62,573 bases of DNA, filler included, from Dimorphilus gyrociliatus (GCA_904063045.1; 3 parts of 3 records of this genome joined end to end with filler, not necessarily neighbours in it), one strand, 5' to 3'. Positions 1 to 13,411 are shown, numbered from the whole stretch's first letter. Numbers and translations are program-made. The notes: generated by a model from the letters alone, not told the origin.

Positions 1-880
1 AATCCAGTTCCTTTAAATGAGGATTTGACCTAATTGCTTCAGCAATGATCATACCTGTACTACTGTCAAATGAACAATTTGACAAATAAAGTTTTTTGAG
101 ATTTGAGCAATGATCTTTGATATTTTGAAATATTTTTTTTCCAATTTCTGAACCAAGTGGATTTTCCTGCAAATACAGTCCCTCTAAATGATGATTTGAC
201 CCAATTGCTTCCCCAATGACCTCTCCAATACTACTGTCAAATGAACAGCTGGAAAAAGCAAGTATCCTCAAGTTTGAGCAATGATCTTTGATATTTTGAA
301 AAATTTTCTTTCCATTTTCTGAACCAAGTGTATTATTGTGCAAATCCAGTTCCTTTAAATGAGGATTTGACCTAATTGCTTCAGCAATGATCATACCTGT
401 ACTACTGTCAAATGAACAATTTGACAAATAAAGTTTTTTGAGATTTGAGCAATGATCTTTGATATTTTGAAATATATTCTTTCCAATTTCTGAATGAAGT
501 GTATTATTGTGCAAACCCAGTTCCACTAAATGTGGATTTGACCCAATTGCTTCACCAATGATCACACCTATTCTACTGTCCAATGAACAGTTTGACAAAT
601 AAAGTTTTTTGAGATTTGAGCAATGATTTTTGATGTTTTGAAAGATTTTCTTTCCAATTTCTGAACCAAGTGTATTACTGTGTAAACTCAGTGCCTCTAA
701 ATTAGTATTTGATGCAATGGCTTCCCCAATGATCATACCAATATAACTATTAAATGAACAGCTTGAAAAAACAAGTGCCTTCAATTTTGAGCAATGCTCT
801 TTGATATTTAGAAATATTTTCGTTCCAATTTCTGAACCAAGTGTATTATTGTGAAAACCCAGTTCCTCTAAATGAGGATT
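1..880 (-). pseudogene. In-frame LRR units continuing past the TGA at 881-883 to the window edge
   Basis: Same frame continues NPHLEELGFHNNTLGSEIG...; no indels seen. Confidence 0.8.
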
Positions 881-2250
881 TCACCCAATTGCTTCAGCAA
901 TGACCACACCAGTAGTATTGTCAAAAGAACAGTTTGACAAACAAAGTTTTTTGAGGTTTGAGCAATGATCTTTGATATTTTGAAATATTGTCTTTCCAAT
1001 TTCTGGACCAAGTTTATTATTGTGCAAACTCAGTTCCTCTAAATGTGGATTTGACCCAATTGCTTCACCCATGACCACACCTGTTCTACTGTCAAATGAA
1101 CAGTTTGACAAATAAAGTTTTTTGAGATTTGAGCAATGATTTTTGATATTTTGAAATATTTTCTTTCCAATTTCTGAACCAAGTGGATTACCCAATAAAT
1201 TCAGTTCCTCTAAATGTGGATTTGACCCAATTGCTTCACCCATGACCACACCTGTTCTACTGTCAAATGAACAATTTGACAAATAAAGTTTTTTGAGTTT
1301 TGAGCAATGAGTTTTGATATTTTGAAATATTTTCTCTCCAATTTCTGGACCAAGTGGATTATTGTGCAAACCCAATCGCTCTAAATGAGGATTTGATCCA
1401 ACTGCTTCCCCAATCACCACACCTGTACTACTGTTCAATGAACATCTTGAAAAAGCAAGTATCTTCAAATTTGCACAGTGATCTTTGATATTTTTAAATA
1501 CAATCTCTCCAATTTCTGGACCAAGTGGATTTCCCTCTAAATTCAGCTCTTCTAAATGTGGATTTGACCCAATTGCTTCCCCAATGATCACACCTGTACT
1601 ATTGTCAAATGAACAGTTTGACAAATAAAGTTTTTTGAGTTTTGAGCAATGATCTTTGATATTTTGAAATATTGTCTTTCCAATTTCTGAGCCAAGTGTA
1701 TTATTGTGCAAACCCAGTTCCTCTAAATAATGATTTGACCCAATTGCTTCACCAATGATCACACCTGTACTACTTTCAAATGAACAGTTTGACAAATAAC
1801 ATTTTTTGAGATTTGAACAATGATTTTTGATATTTTGAAATATATTCTTTCCAATTTCTGAACCAAGTGTATTTTTGTGCAAACTCAATGCCTCTAAATT
1901 GGGATTTGATCCAATTGCTTCACCAATTACTACACCAATATTACTGTTAAATGAACAGCTTGAAAAAACAAGCGCCTTCAAATTTGAGCAATGATCTTTG
2001 ATATTTTGAAAGATTTTCTTTCCAATTTCTGAACCAAGAGCATTATTATGAAAACCCAGTTCCTGCAAATGAGGATTTAACCCAATTGCTTCAGCAATGA
2101 TTACACTTGTACTACTGTCAAAAGAACAGTTTGACAAATAGAGGTTTTTGAGATTTGAGCAATGACTTTTGATATTTTGAAATATTTTCTTTCCAATTTT
2201 TGAACCATGTGTATTATTGTGCAAACTCAGTCCCTCTAAAATGGAGATTA
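1..2250 (-). repeat. Coding tandem array of 171-bp (57-aa) ribonuclease-inhibitor-type A/B LRR pairs, 13 units in window
   Basis: Anchor motif recurs at 22, 193, 364, 535, 706, 877 ... 2074 (period 171). Units read LxxLxLxxNxL and LxxLxLxxCxF. Confidence 0.95.
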
Positions 2251-5200
2251 TATGTGTTGGTTCAGTGATTTGTAATGTTTTGATGCTTTCTAATGATATC
2301 TCTTTCAAATAGATATTTTTTGCTAAATAGTTCATTATTATATTGAATTTTTGCATTTGTTCATTGGTTAAAATAGTTCCATTGTTGAATTTTATTTGCA
2401 ATTCGTGTATATTGCGCTGAGTTTTTAGTATTTCAATTGCTTTTTCAAAGACATTTTTGTCAAAAATGCTTTCATCTATTCTGAAGCTTTGAATGTTTAT
2501 ATGCAAGTGTCTTAAAATTTCTAGTTTGTTGCTCAGCCCAATCAGTTTGCATTTTGCAATAAGTACTGTATGGTTTTCTAAATAATCTTTTAAACCAGCT
2601 AGAAGATCTTGGATAAGGGAAAAGTTTAAATTTTTTGAATTTAGTTGTTTAATCAAATGTTGATCATTGAATTGGATTTTCCTGTCATCGAAATCAATGG
2701 AGTTGAATATTTGTAAATTTGATATTTGATTCACTTGTTTGGCTAAATCAATGATATTCCTAACAGTTAAGTCAGAGCCATAAAAGTATATTTCAGTGAA
2801 ATTTCTTTTTTTCATGGAGACAATCTCTTTGAAAAATCTAAGTACAGAACTGCTTTCAAAACTATTTTCAGATAAATCAATAACTTCAAGTGAGGATAAA
2901 ACATTCAAAACCTCAGTAAAAGCAATCAAAAATTTTTTGTTCAAGTTGCAATTTTTCAAAAATAGTTCTTTTAAATTGCTCCTTTGAAATGAATAAAGCA
3001 ATTGACTTCCATTATTAAATTGATTGTTGGAAAAGTTCAGATTGTTGTAGATGCTGAATGAATATTGATCACGAAATAGCTCATCTGTCAAATTGCATTG
3101 AGAAAAATTAATTTTTATATTTCTTTTTGAAGATTTACTTAAGTAAGATAGTATGCTTTGTGCAGTGATTTCAGAGATATTGTTTTGACTGATTGATATG
3201 TCAGACAATTCTGGTAATTTGAGCAAATATTTGTAAAAATAATTAGTAGATTGATCTGTTAAATTACAGTTTGTCAAGTCTAATTTAAGTAATTTAAGTG
3301 ACTTTTTGATAATTTTTTGAAACAGAGTAAATATGAAATCAATGCTAATGTTATTATTTGCAAAAGTTATTGATTTCAAATTTAAGGTAATTGCTTCATC
3401 ACATATTTCTAATTTAGGCCTTGAGAATTCCATTTTTGGTAGACTTAGATTCTCTAAAGACCCCTTTGTCAAAAGGCACTTTATAAATTGACAATCATCT
3501 GATTCAACCAATCTATTTCCAGATAACTCCAACACTCTCAAAAATGGACACTTGTAGATTAATTTTACCATGTTTGGTACAGAAAGTTCCAAATTACAAT
3601 TATTAAGCTTTAATATTTCCAAATTATTCAGATGACTACCAATTATTAATATGAGCTCCACTCCAGATTCTTTATTAAATTTTGTGTGACAGAGGCTTAG
3701 TTCAGTCAATTCTTTAAAATTTTTAAAAATATTTATCATTTGATATTGAAAATCCAGTTCATCACATTCACATAGATTTAAGCTTTCAGTTTTGTTTGAT
3801 TGTAGACAATTTAACAGCATTCTAATGTTCTCTTCTGTTAAATAAAATCTGATTTTATAAGTCTATAAAAATATTTTATAAATATTTACCTAGAATTTTA
3901 CATTTTGAGAATTTAACTTTGGTCAAATTGATACATTCAAAGTATTGGAAAACATCTAATGAAAAGACATTGCAATTATTGAGGGCTAAAGAATTTAGAG
4001 AAGATGATTTAAAGGAAATTTTTATTAGCTTCTTTTCCTTAAAAAGAATATCAGAGAGAGATAAGTGTTTCAGCTTACAAAAATTTTCCAAAATATATTG
4101 AAAATATTCAACATCAATTGATTTTCTTACCCCTCCTCTTAATATTAAACTCTCCAGACTTTCATTTAAAGTATTCTTGATTGTATCAAAAAACTCATCA
4201 AATGTTATTTTCACAAATGTAAAATCAATCATAGTAATGTTTTTTAATGTATATTCTATTATCAAATTTAAAAGTGATATACTCAAATGAATACCTTTCA
4301 AGTAGAATTCAAATGAATTTTTAGGATTGTATCTTTGAAGTAGTTCAATTACTTGCTTATCAAGATTGAATTTATCAATTATATTTGAGTTACTTTTCAT
4401 TATCCTGGAGAAAATTTCACCATCCAAATCTTGTAGAAAATTGAATACATTCTGCATAAAAATGATATATTTTGATGTCTGCAATGCTTTATCAATTTTT
4501 CGTCTTTGATTTTCAATATCAGATTTATACTCTTGAAGAATATAATATGCTGTAAAATAGTCTTGAAATGAAGAATGTATAAATTTCAAAAATTCCTTTC
4601 CATCTGTGTTTACTTTATATGGAGTTAAAATTCCATTAAAGTAATTATATCTTTCAACAATATTTGTTTTTGTAATTTGTGAATTTTTTAAGTGATTTTT
4701 AAAAGCTAGTGTTGAACAGAATTTCAAAAATTCTCTACTATCTGATGCTCTTTTAGAGATGAGTTCAATAAACTCTTGATATATATCTGTATATCTTACA
4801 ACTTTCATTTCAGAAGTTTTATCATTCCAAATAGAAGCTGTTAGCAAAGCAATGAGAGGAATTTTGCAAGCTTCCAGAAGGTAGTCTTTATCATTTAAAA
4901 AGCTCATAATTTTCTCAGACTTTAAACTCTCTTCTTTGGGTTGCTTTGTTATCCCAATTTGCTCACCAAAGAAATGTTTAAAAAAGTTTTTTAGACTGAT
5001 TTCATCAAACTGAGCTATTTCAAAAATAAAGTCATAAGTATCTTTAATTTCAAAAGATTTTGATTTTCTTGACCAAACTACAACTGGGAAACTGGTTACA
5101 CCTTTGCTGGATATGATTTCACTGAACCTTGTTTTGTTTGATTTAAGTTCGTCTGCTCCATCAAAAAGTAATATAAATTTTCTTTGTTTGTCAGCTAAGT

Positions 5201-5867
5201 AATAATCAAAAAGTTCCCTTGATATCTCTGTTTCATCTGTAATATTTTGGGTGAATAATTGTTCATTGAAATCTAAGTCATCATTTATCTCATTTAGCCT
5301 TGCATATAAAACTACATATTCTTGTAGAATAGTATTTTCAATTGCCCATGAATACAAAATTTGCATAAAATGATGAGTTTTTCCTATTCCAGAATCACCT
5401 TGTATTAGAATTCTATCATTACCATTTTCAATTATTTTATTAAACTGAATACCATCATATGTACAACACTCTGACCCTTTTAGCATTATAAAGTTAATGG
5501 GGATTGTAATATCCTTCAAATTTACTCTCTTTTTGTTATTATTTAAAAATGGAAATTGGGGAATTGTTTGAAATTTTCTTTTCACTTGCTCCTTTATGGC
5601 AATTTTAAATTCATTCCATGTATTTTGAATCCTGTTTAAAAGTTTCTGTTTGTGCTCTGTCCAACTTTCATGTTTTCTCAAAAAATTTATAAAATCTTCA
5701 GTCTCTAAAGTAGAAAGATGTTGATCAAAAAATATTTCCAAATTATCCAATGTGTATTCACTGTCAATTATTTTTTCTTCTACAAGAAAAGACATAAAAA
5801 GAGGATCATTTTTTATATACAGAAGTATATCTTCCTTGTGGGTGATAATCTCTGATTTTACTGTCAT
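881..5867 (-). CDS. NACHT-LRR (NLR-like) protein; 2 exons 5867-3890 and 3834-881, about 1640 aa to a TGA inside the LRR array
   Basis: Walker A GDSGIGKT and Walker B LLFDGADE in ORF 3876-5909. A 55-nt GTAAAT...TAACAG intron (3889-3835, phase 1) joins it in frame to the LRR ORF 881-3820. Possible death-fold N-terminus. ATG 5867 is the assumed start. Confidence 0.9.
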
Positions 5868-7019
5868 CTTGAGGATAAAGCATAAAGTCCAGGTGAAAGA
5901 TATCCACACTGAGAGATAATGTAAAAATATGTTAATATATATTTGATTATGAATATTTCTACAAATTAATAAAGGCTACAACTAGAAAAGGCTGCAGTTA
6001 TAAAGGGCTGCAAGTTGATTGGAAAGTGTGGCAATATATTTCCAGAAAATAATGTCAAACTTTTTCTGTTTCATTTGACTCAAGCAATTTTTTGATAAAT
6101 TCATGTATTAATTAAAATGTTTTATTGTCTTTGCCATAATTATATATAAAATTTTGTAGGAATTGGGATATTCATCTGATTACAAAAAATATACTGGACA
6201 GTGGACTGAAATGAAGCTTCTAATGAGTTTGCCATTTTTGCCTGTTGATATCATTCCCAATTAATTTAACAAAATAAAAGTTCATTTAAGTACAATGAAA
6301 AATTTTCTGATTTCTTATGTTATATTAAAGAACACTTGGATAATCAATGCTACATTTTTTGGGATGATGTTGAAAATACCCACAGATTTTTGGTTTTACC
6401 CTAATCCAGCCCTGGACCCTGTTTTTAGAGCTTTATTATTTGTAACCCTTAGTTTGGACCCACCTATTTGCAAACTAATTGCTCAAATACTTTTGCCAAC
6501 CCAAAATCTCACCCAAAAAGACATATTTTTTCTTTTGTACTAAAAAAATTGAGTAAATATGAAAATAGAAGAGTTATAATAGCTGTACATGTTATAAATA
6601 GAGAAAGTTTATACTCACAATAATTAAGTTGTAAGCTTCCTTTCAATTACTTTTTGGAAAAAAATGAGCAAAAACAGGATGTAGATTAACTGCAGAGTAA
6701 AACTGGTATAAAAAAGAAAATAGACTATACATTTTGTATTTTTAATTATAATAGTTAACTAATTTTAATAATATTCTTTTAATAATATAGTCTTTTATCT
6801 AATCTAGAAATTTGGTTCTTATATTTTATATTTAGGTATATTTATTGATGCTACCTATATATTTATCTTTCAAAATCTACGCAATAAATTGTAAAAAGAC
6901 TTGGTCTAACCTGATCTTTGTGCGGTTGAGTTTAATATGAAATATTTTTAGAAAACCTTAGACTTAACTCAATACATTTTAATATTAATGTTTAACAGTA
7001 GCATTGTGAGTGAGGTACA

Positions 7020-7545
7020 CAAAAATGTTATAACATTGGCCAAACACAGGTCTTGATTTGTCAGCTTGAAGATTAATTTTTAATTACCAGTTAAGGTTTG
7101 GCCAAGTTTTAATTCAATAAATCTATCTAAATGTTGAACCTTGTAACATTGTATTACTAAAGATAAATATAAGCTAGATAGTCTGGCAAATGTAAAGTAG
7201 TGATTGGATATCAGAGGCAAACTGCAGCATATATAAATTCTCACTATTTTCAATCTATTCATTTGTATCTGGATCCAAGCACCTGAGAAGATCACATGGA
7301 ATGACTATGATAGAAAATGGCCAGAGGTTTGAAACTACTTTCACTGGAGCCAGCCTTCTACCTCTCAACATTGGAAGGCAGTTTGGTAATTTGGCCACCT
7401 ATTATTACAAACTATCTCCTCTGCTATTGAACTCTCATAATGTTATTGCTTAAGTATTTTTATTTTTAATCAAGCATTCAATTTAAAAATTTGTTTAAAT
7501 GTTCAAGTATAACCAGTACTGTTGTAACTTGCAAAAACATGTGTG
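7020..7545 (+). mobile_element. Degenerate LTR, family LTR1
   Basis: Colinear similarity to 19030-19560 (TTGGCCAAAC, GATTGGAT..TATATAAA, GGTAATTTGGC..ATTACAAACTATCT). Confidence 0.8.
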
Positions 7546-8539
7546 CACATTTAAAGTTCTTACAAATGAATGTAAAGAATAATTCACATCCACCAAAACA
7601 TGAAAAACTGTTATATCATTTATAGTAATAATGTATAAAAGAAAGTACAGAGTTTTACCAATAGAATATGCAAATAAATGAAATAAATGTAAATAGTAAA
7701 TGAGTTCCAATCTAATAGTAAGGTTTAGTCTACATTTAAAGATTAGAGACTGACTAGCTTTGGAATGCATTTCCTTTTATACCTTCACCAAAGCATGGGT
7801 GGACATGGTCAAAGAATTACAAAGATGGAAAATATGATGAAACTTTTTCTTTCTTTTAAATGTGACTTTTTGTTTATTCAAATATATTTATCATAGAACT
7901 GTCAAGTCTTGAAAGATTATATAAACCTTTTGTTTTCAATAGTTCACAGTTCAATCCTTTAATTGTTGGTTATTGTTTTTTACATTTACTTGTTCAGAAG
8001 TACAGAATCATTTAATAAATAAATATTCTTTGGATGACATACTCGTATTTTGTTAGTAGATAAATTTCATTTTTGAAACTATTCAAGGAAAACTTTGAAG
8101 GTTTAAGTGAGGAAAAAACTTCTTTTTGTCCCCTTCTATATAATTTGGAATCTGGGACTTTCAGTGTTTATTAAGTTTTTTAAATGAAAGAGAAGTTTGA
8201 TTAAAAGTGCACCCGTGAAAAAAGGATTATAAAACTTAAGGGGATAAAATAAGCAAAATTGTCATAAAAAAGTACCACACTAAAAATTTGTCTCTGACTG
8301 TGTAATACATGAATAATCCATATGATTTCCTTATTGGAGTTTAATCGTTTGAAAAATGTTGCTGATCCATCTTCCTACTCTACTTATTTCCATAGATTGT
8401 TAAGAGTTGAAAAGAGGAAAAATTTGTATCTATTTATTGATGTATTTATTAGATGGTACATTATATATTTCTTATATTTCACACCATCCAAATACAATGA
8501 ACAGAATATTTGTTTTGAGTGATTTATAATATTTATATA

Positions 8540-8763
8540 AAGTGGATGACAGCAATATGTAGACACTGTAAATTTTGACAGGCCAACTTTTAATTCACAG
8601 TTAAAATTTTTTTGTTTGCTGCGAATTAGTATTTTTTGTCTAGAGTTATATAGAAAATAGTTAAATTGACATAATATTGAAAAAAATTTAAGAAAATGAA
8701 AATATTTTGTGAACATTATTAGCAAAAATTTTTAGTAATTTGTATAAGTTTTTTCTTTATTTG
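8540..8763. mobile_element. Tc1-like terminal inverted repeat fragment
   Basis: Inverted homolog of 46380-46599; TA|AAGTGGATGAC terminus. Confidence 0.75.
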
Positions 8764-8784
8764 TGAGAATTTTTGGAATAATTC

Positions 8785-9614
8785 ATTATTGGAAGCATCT
8801 GTTGTTAAATAAAATGGTTTTGTAAAGCCAGGTTTTTGAAGTATGGGTGGCTCTGTCATTGATTTCTTTAGTATCTGATAAGCCTCCTCTGCTTCTTTAG
8901 TCCATTTCAATTTTTCAGTTTTTTGGTGTAATTTTAATAATTCTCTCAGGGATTTTGTAATTTTTGCAAAGTCCTTGACAAATCTTCTGTAATAACCACA
9001 AAATGCAACAAAACTTAATAAAGTATTTGTAAACATAGGAAATTCAGTATCTTTTATTTTCTGAATCTTTTCTGGATGAGTTTCAATACCATTTTGTGTA
9101 ATCTTATGACTAAGAAATTGTACTGATTAAAAGCACACTTGCTTGGTTTGATTCTGAAATGTTGTCATTAATTCTTTCCATTAATTTTTGTAAAGCTATG
9201 TAGTGTTTGTACACTTATGAACTATAGTTTATAGATATTTTATAAATACTACTTACTATATAGTAAAAGTGTTGAAGTAGATGTTGCTTCTAAGGTAGAT
9301 GGTACTGAACTGTCAGAATCAACCCCTTTTATAGGCAAAGGATAAGATGTTACATAACCAAACATGTTGACAACAACAAGTGTTTATTTACATGAATATG
9401 ATGTAACAATTGACCCTTGAGGGTTTACCTACACAAAGTTGTTGTTGTTTACATCATTAGAATACAGTTATATTATTCTTACATTTTGGTTCTATATTGA
9501 TGCTCCCTCAATTCTACATCTCTCTTCTAAGTGGCTTACTCCTAATTTGGTTCTATTTGGACCAGTACTTAACTACAACCCTCAGTAGCAAAGTACAGTG
9601 TTCTTCCAATGTTT
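8785..9614 (-). pseudogene. pol: Ty3/gypsy RT-RNase H fragment, split by a solo LTR
   Basis: MFTNTLLSFVAFCGYYRRFVKDFAKI...LTTDASN is nearly the same as in element 23133-27470. Confidence 0.9.
9208..9597 (+). mobile_element. Solo LTR, family LTR4 (390 bp, internally deleted relative to the 46929 copy)
   Basis: TGTAC...GTACA termini; 5-bp TSD GTGTT on both sides; homolog at 46929-47702. Confidence 0.92.
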
Positions 9615-10105
9615 ATAGAACAGATACCCCTGTCACACAATGATGTTTTATAAGCGTATCCATCAAAGGATTTTAACACAAGACCATTAAGATATTTACC
9701 TTCAGCAAAACCTTTTTTCTTTAAAAAACAATATCTAGAACCTTTTGGGGTACTTGATATTGAAAAACCTTGACAATCATCATGTTCAAAGCAATATTTA
9801 GCACATATCTTAGGATGTTTTGCTTTGGGATCATAAATGTTATGCATTGGATAATTGGGAAAAACTCCTTCTTTATATGTAAAACCTGGGATAGCGTATT
9901 TTGGCAAATAACATCCATATGATTCACTGAAGCAATTGAGACTCTTTTTCTTATTCGATATACATTCAGTTTGAGTTATATCTTGTGGTTCAATTTTCAC
10001 CCTCATATTAATTTCAACATTGCATTCATCAGAAAAATGCTGTTGAAATGTTAAAGGTGTAGCAGCAGCCAACAATAAGAGTACAGCAGCAAAGAATGAA
10101 AACAT
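9615..10105 (-). CDS. Secreted PAN/apple-domain protein; 3' end runs into retroelement debris
   Basis: Signal peptide MFSFFAAVLLLLAAA; PAN-like CAKYCFEHDDCQGFS...YCFLK. The last codons of ORF 9569-10105 come from pol/LTR sequence. Confidence 0.7.
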
Positions 10106-11387
10106 TTTGATTTCTGAACCAACTCAAGTTTATCTGACTAATCAAAAAGAACAGTTCTTAAATAGTTGGAAACTTATTTCATATTTAATGAGGTTAACAT
10201 ATTCTGTATAGGCCTATAAATTATTTGAATGGTAGATTTAAGAACGTTAAATATATTTCTGTTCTTTAATTGTTGTCATCAAGAATTATTAATAATTTTA
10301 TTTTGTGAGTAACCTTGCTTGTCTTATAATGGTCAGTAATAAGTTAGTTGAACACTAAAAACATCTAAAATTCTATATTTTGTAGAAAGTGAGATCTTGA
10401 TGAATTGAGCCAAAGTTTAAAATTTGCAGCTAAATCGGCGAAGCAGTTCACAATCTATTGCGGTTTGATATTAATGGTGGTCAGTGCAGCTGGCAGTTGA
10501 CTACCTTAGTCTCTTAATCACTAGTTTTTACCACAATGTCCTACCCTAATAAGAGGGTAACCTGTTCAAGTAACTGCAGGTATAGTGATTAATTAAATAC
10601 TTTTCATAGCAGGTTTTCATAACCTGAAAACCTAGATTGAATTCTATTTTCCTTCATATGTACATAGTTTGCTAATTCAATTTGCAATTGCACTGAATCT
10701 AAGATAACTGTGCATTTCAGTTGGATATTGTATGCCAATGAATGGCACTTTGCCAAAAATAAGTGGGCCATTTTCTCCCAGGTTGTTTTCTTCGAAGGCC
10801 ATTTACTCCCAATACTAAAATTTTGCATGTATTGATAGCTGTTGTAGACTTGTTAATAGAACAAGACAGCACTTTAATCCTAATGAATCAGATGATCACT
10901 CCATTATTACAAAACAGTTCAAAGTGATATTTTCAAATATTGGGATGAATTTGAATATTACTTCATTAATATTTTATCAGCCATGAATAATGTAGTGTTT
11001 CTTTGAAATTATAGATAGGAAAAGCTGGCAGAATACTTTCTTGAATCCTTGATTAATTTCTAACAAAATTACAATTATTAGGCATATTTGTGGATGAACT
11101 TGAAAGGTTCTATTTGTTTTAGTGCTGTGCTAAATTGGTAAATGATTTCAAAAGACAAATATTTTTGTAACAAACCCGAAATTAGTACAAAGTACACACT
11201 TTGTCAGGGATTTGTATTGGGACGGGGGTGGCTATAAAGGCAGTTGAGTGCTTGACAAAGTTGTATGTCTATAATTTTTTCAATCAATCGACTCTGAAAA
11301 AGGTTCAGCTATAAATATACTTTAGTGGGCACTTAGAAACAGTGACATAATGATATTTAAGCTTTAGATATAATAGAACTTTAGAAA

Positions 11388-11584
11388 GGATATGACAGAA
11401 AACGTCAGCAAATCTGTGCTTTCACCCTAACCCTAACCCAGCCCTTAGCTGTACCTAACTTTTTCCATTACCCCTAACCCTTAGAGGAGGCCATCCTAAG
11501 TTGCTGTCTTCTTCTTCCTAACCATTTCTCAATCCAAAATCTAGTCTTGAAATTTCTCATTTGAGGACTTTTTCTATCAACCCC
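11388..11584. mobile_element. MULE-derived MITE (197 bp) containing TAACCC repeats
   Basis: Imperfect TIR GGATATGACAGAAAACGTC; 9-bp TSD CTTTAGAAA/CTTAAGAAA. Confidence 0.85.
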
Positions 11585-11616
11585 CTTAAGAAAGACATCT
11601 ATTTCATAGGCCTAAA

Positions 11617-12203
11617 TGTACTTTGTTGTATTGTAATTGTAGAAATTTCTGCTTCTTCAGAACAGGATTTGTCCTTTCCAATCATTTATCAACTCAAAGT
11701 ACCAAAGTACTCACATCACATAGAACCTTTCAAGTTCGTTCACAAATAGTCTTAAGAAATGTAATTTTAGCAGAAGTTAATCAATAAAAGATGAGTATTT
11801 CGTGCAAAGAATAAGTATTGAGTAAATGAGTTTCTAGTTCTAAACAAGTAAGTTTAAATAACTAGCTGATGGTTGGAGAACTGAACTGATTCAATTAGTC
11901 AAAGGATAACGAAATTGAAATAGTTCAGACAGAAAACATCAGTGTAAAAAGCGAAAAAGAAGATTAAAAAACTATTATTTTTATATATATATTTAATTTT
12001 ATCTTCAAAAAACGTTGATTTTGATAGTTAAACTTAAGAGACAGAGAACATCTGTAAATAAATAGAAAATGAACAAAACATTGTGTACCAGCAATGTTGT
12101 GTGTTGTATCTGGCAGGTGACCTAAAGTCACACTCCTAAGGTCGGTCTGACTTGATATCAATGTGACAAAGTCAACAGCCAGATGAGTAGAATCAAGCGC
12201 ACA
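11617..12203 (-). mobile_element. Solo LTR, family LTR2/B
   Basis: U5 end TGTACTTTGTTGTATTGTAATTG shared with 27402. Probable start TGTGCGCTTG; imperfect 5-bp TSD CTAAA/CTTAA. Right boundary uncertain. Confidence 0.75.
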
Positions 12204-12837
12204 CTTAAATGACAAGAGTAACTGTGAGAGATATAAAAGGGAAAATATGTGACAGTACAGTGTGAGAGCCAAACGAACGTTTAAAAATAAATTGTAACGA
12301 AATTATTATTAATTTCGTGATACAAGTAACCATAAATCTTGTAAAGAAAACATTCACTAAATGACAGACAACTATCAAACAACTCTTTGTAATAATAAAA
12401 AGATTTTTTAATTAATACTTTTGATAAAAAAAAAATATATGATCCCTAGCGAAAACAGGTATTGTTGGAAATCTTCTGGTTTTCAAATTGAAAAAATGAA
12501 CTTCCTTTTATGTTCTGAAGCTGTTTTGTGTTACTAAAAAGAAGTGATATTGAAAAATACTATAAATGAAACCCTTAACAGCAGAATGATCTATTAGGAT
12601 CACCTGAAAAATTCTTGCGGCATTGCTATATGCAAAAATAGTACACTGTAGGCCTATAATTATTTATCATTAATAGAAAGTGAATTGATTAATGTACTGT
12701 TACTAAAAACTTGTAATATATTCAACTGTTCAAATAAATAAGTACACTTTCAAAAATTTTAATCATTTCTTGTTTTTATATTTTTTAGGTTGAAAAATCT
12801 TGTGCCATTTTCTGTTGGGGCCTTTTTCTGTCACATT

Positions 12838-12955
12838 CGCTGTATACATACATTCGTAAATACTAAATAGTATTGAACCAGTATTGTACTGTGCAGACAG
12901 CACTGTTAGAGATAAGCAGTATTGACCTAGTTTCACATATGCTATGAATATACAG
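12838..12955. repeat. Unclassified dispersed repeat; inverted copy at about 28190-28315
   Basis: ATACATTCG..AGTATTGAACCAGTATTGTACT.TGCAGA.AGCACTG...AGATAAGCAGTA.TGACCTAGTTT present in both copies. Confidence 0.7.
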
Positions 12956-13153
12956 TTTGCAGCAATAAATTCTATTAAATTATCCACAGAATATTGCTAT
13001 TTGCTACCCAGCATTAATAGTACAGTTTATTAATCTTTAAATTGGTTTAAACCATTTCTGGATATTTCCAGATTTTTCCAGAATTTTCCGAAAATTTTTT
13101 GATATAAAGAAATACTGACAATTATTTACCTCATATAGTAGGTTGATTTTGAG

Positions 13154-13411
13154 ATGTCACAGAACTACAGTTCACAAAGCACTCAATTAAATGAATTTCA
13201 AGATTTAAAAGCCAAACTTCAGTGTAAACTTTGTTTTAGCAAACTAGCAAATACATTGCTCTTACCATGTAGTCATGTATTGGCTTGTAAGGAATGTTTG
13301 TTGAATCTTCCAAAGCCTGAATGTCCTTTCTGTAGAGGATTAATTAGAGGATATGTGGATATTAAATCAGATATAGATAATTTAAACATCAACTTTGGGG
13401 AAGACATTTAA
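13154..13411 (+). CDS. C3HC4 RING finger (IAP/MDM2-type) protein or terminal exon
   Basis: CKLC-x11-CSH-x3-CKEC-x8-CPFC. Confidence 0.8.
   Translation: MSQNYSSQSTQLNEFQDLKAKLQCKLCFSKLANTLLLPCSHVLACKECLLNLPKPECPFCRGLIRGYVDIKSDIDNLNINFGEDI

Noticed and set aside
1-2250. 171-bp periodicity as alpha-satellite or CRISPR-like array
   Set aside because: The period is 57 codons of LRR; no repeat-spacer structure.
11215-11245. GC-rich box plus TATAAAGG as a promoter
   Set aside because: No linked gene or second copy; such motifs arise by chance among LTR debris.
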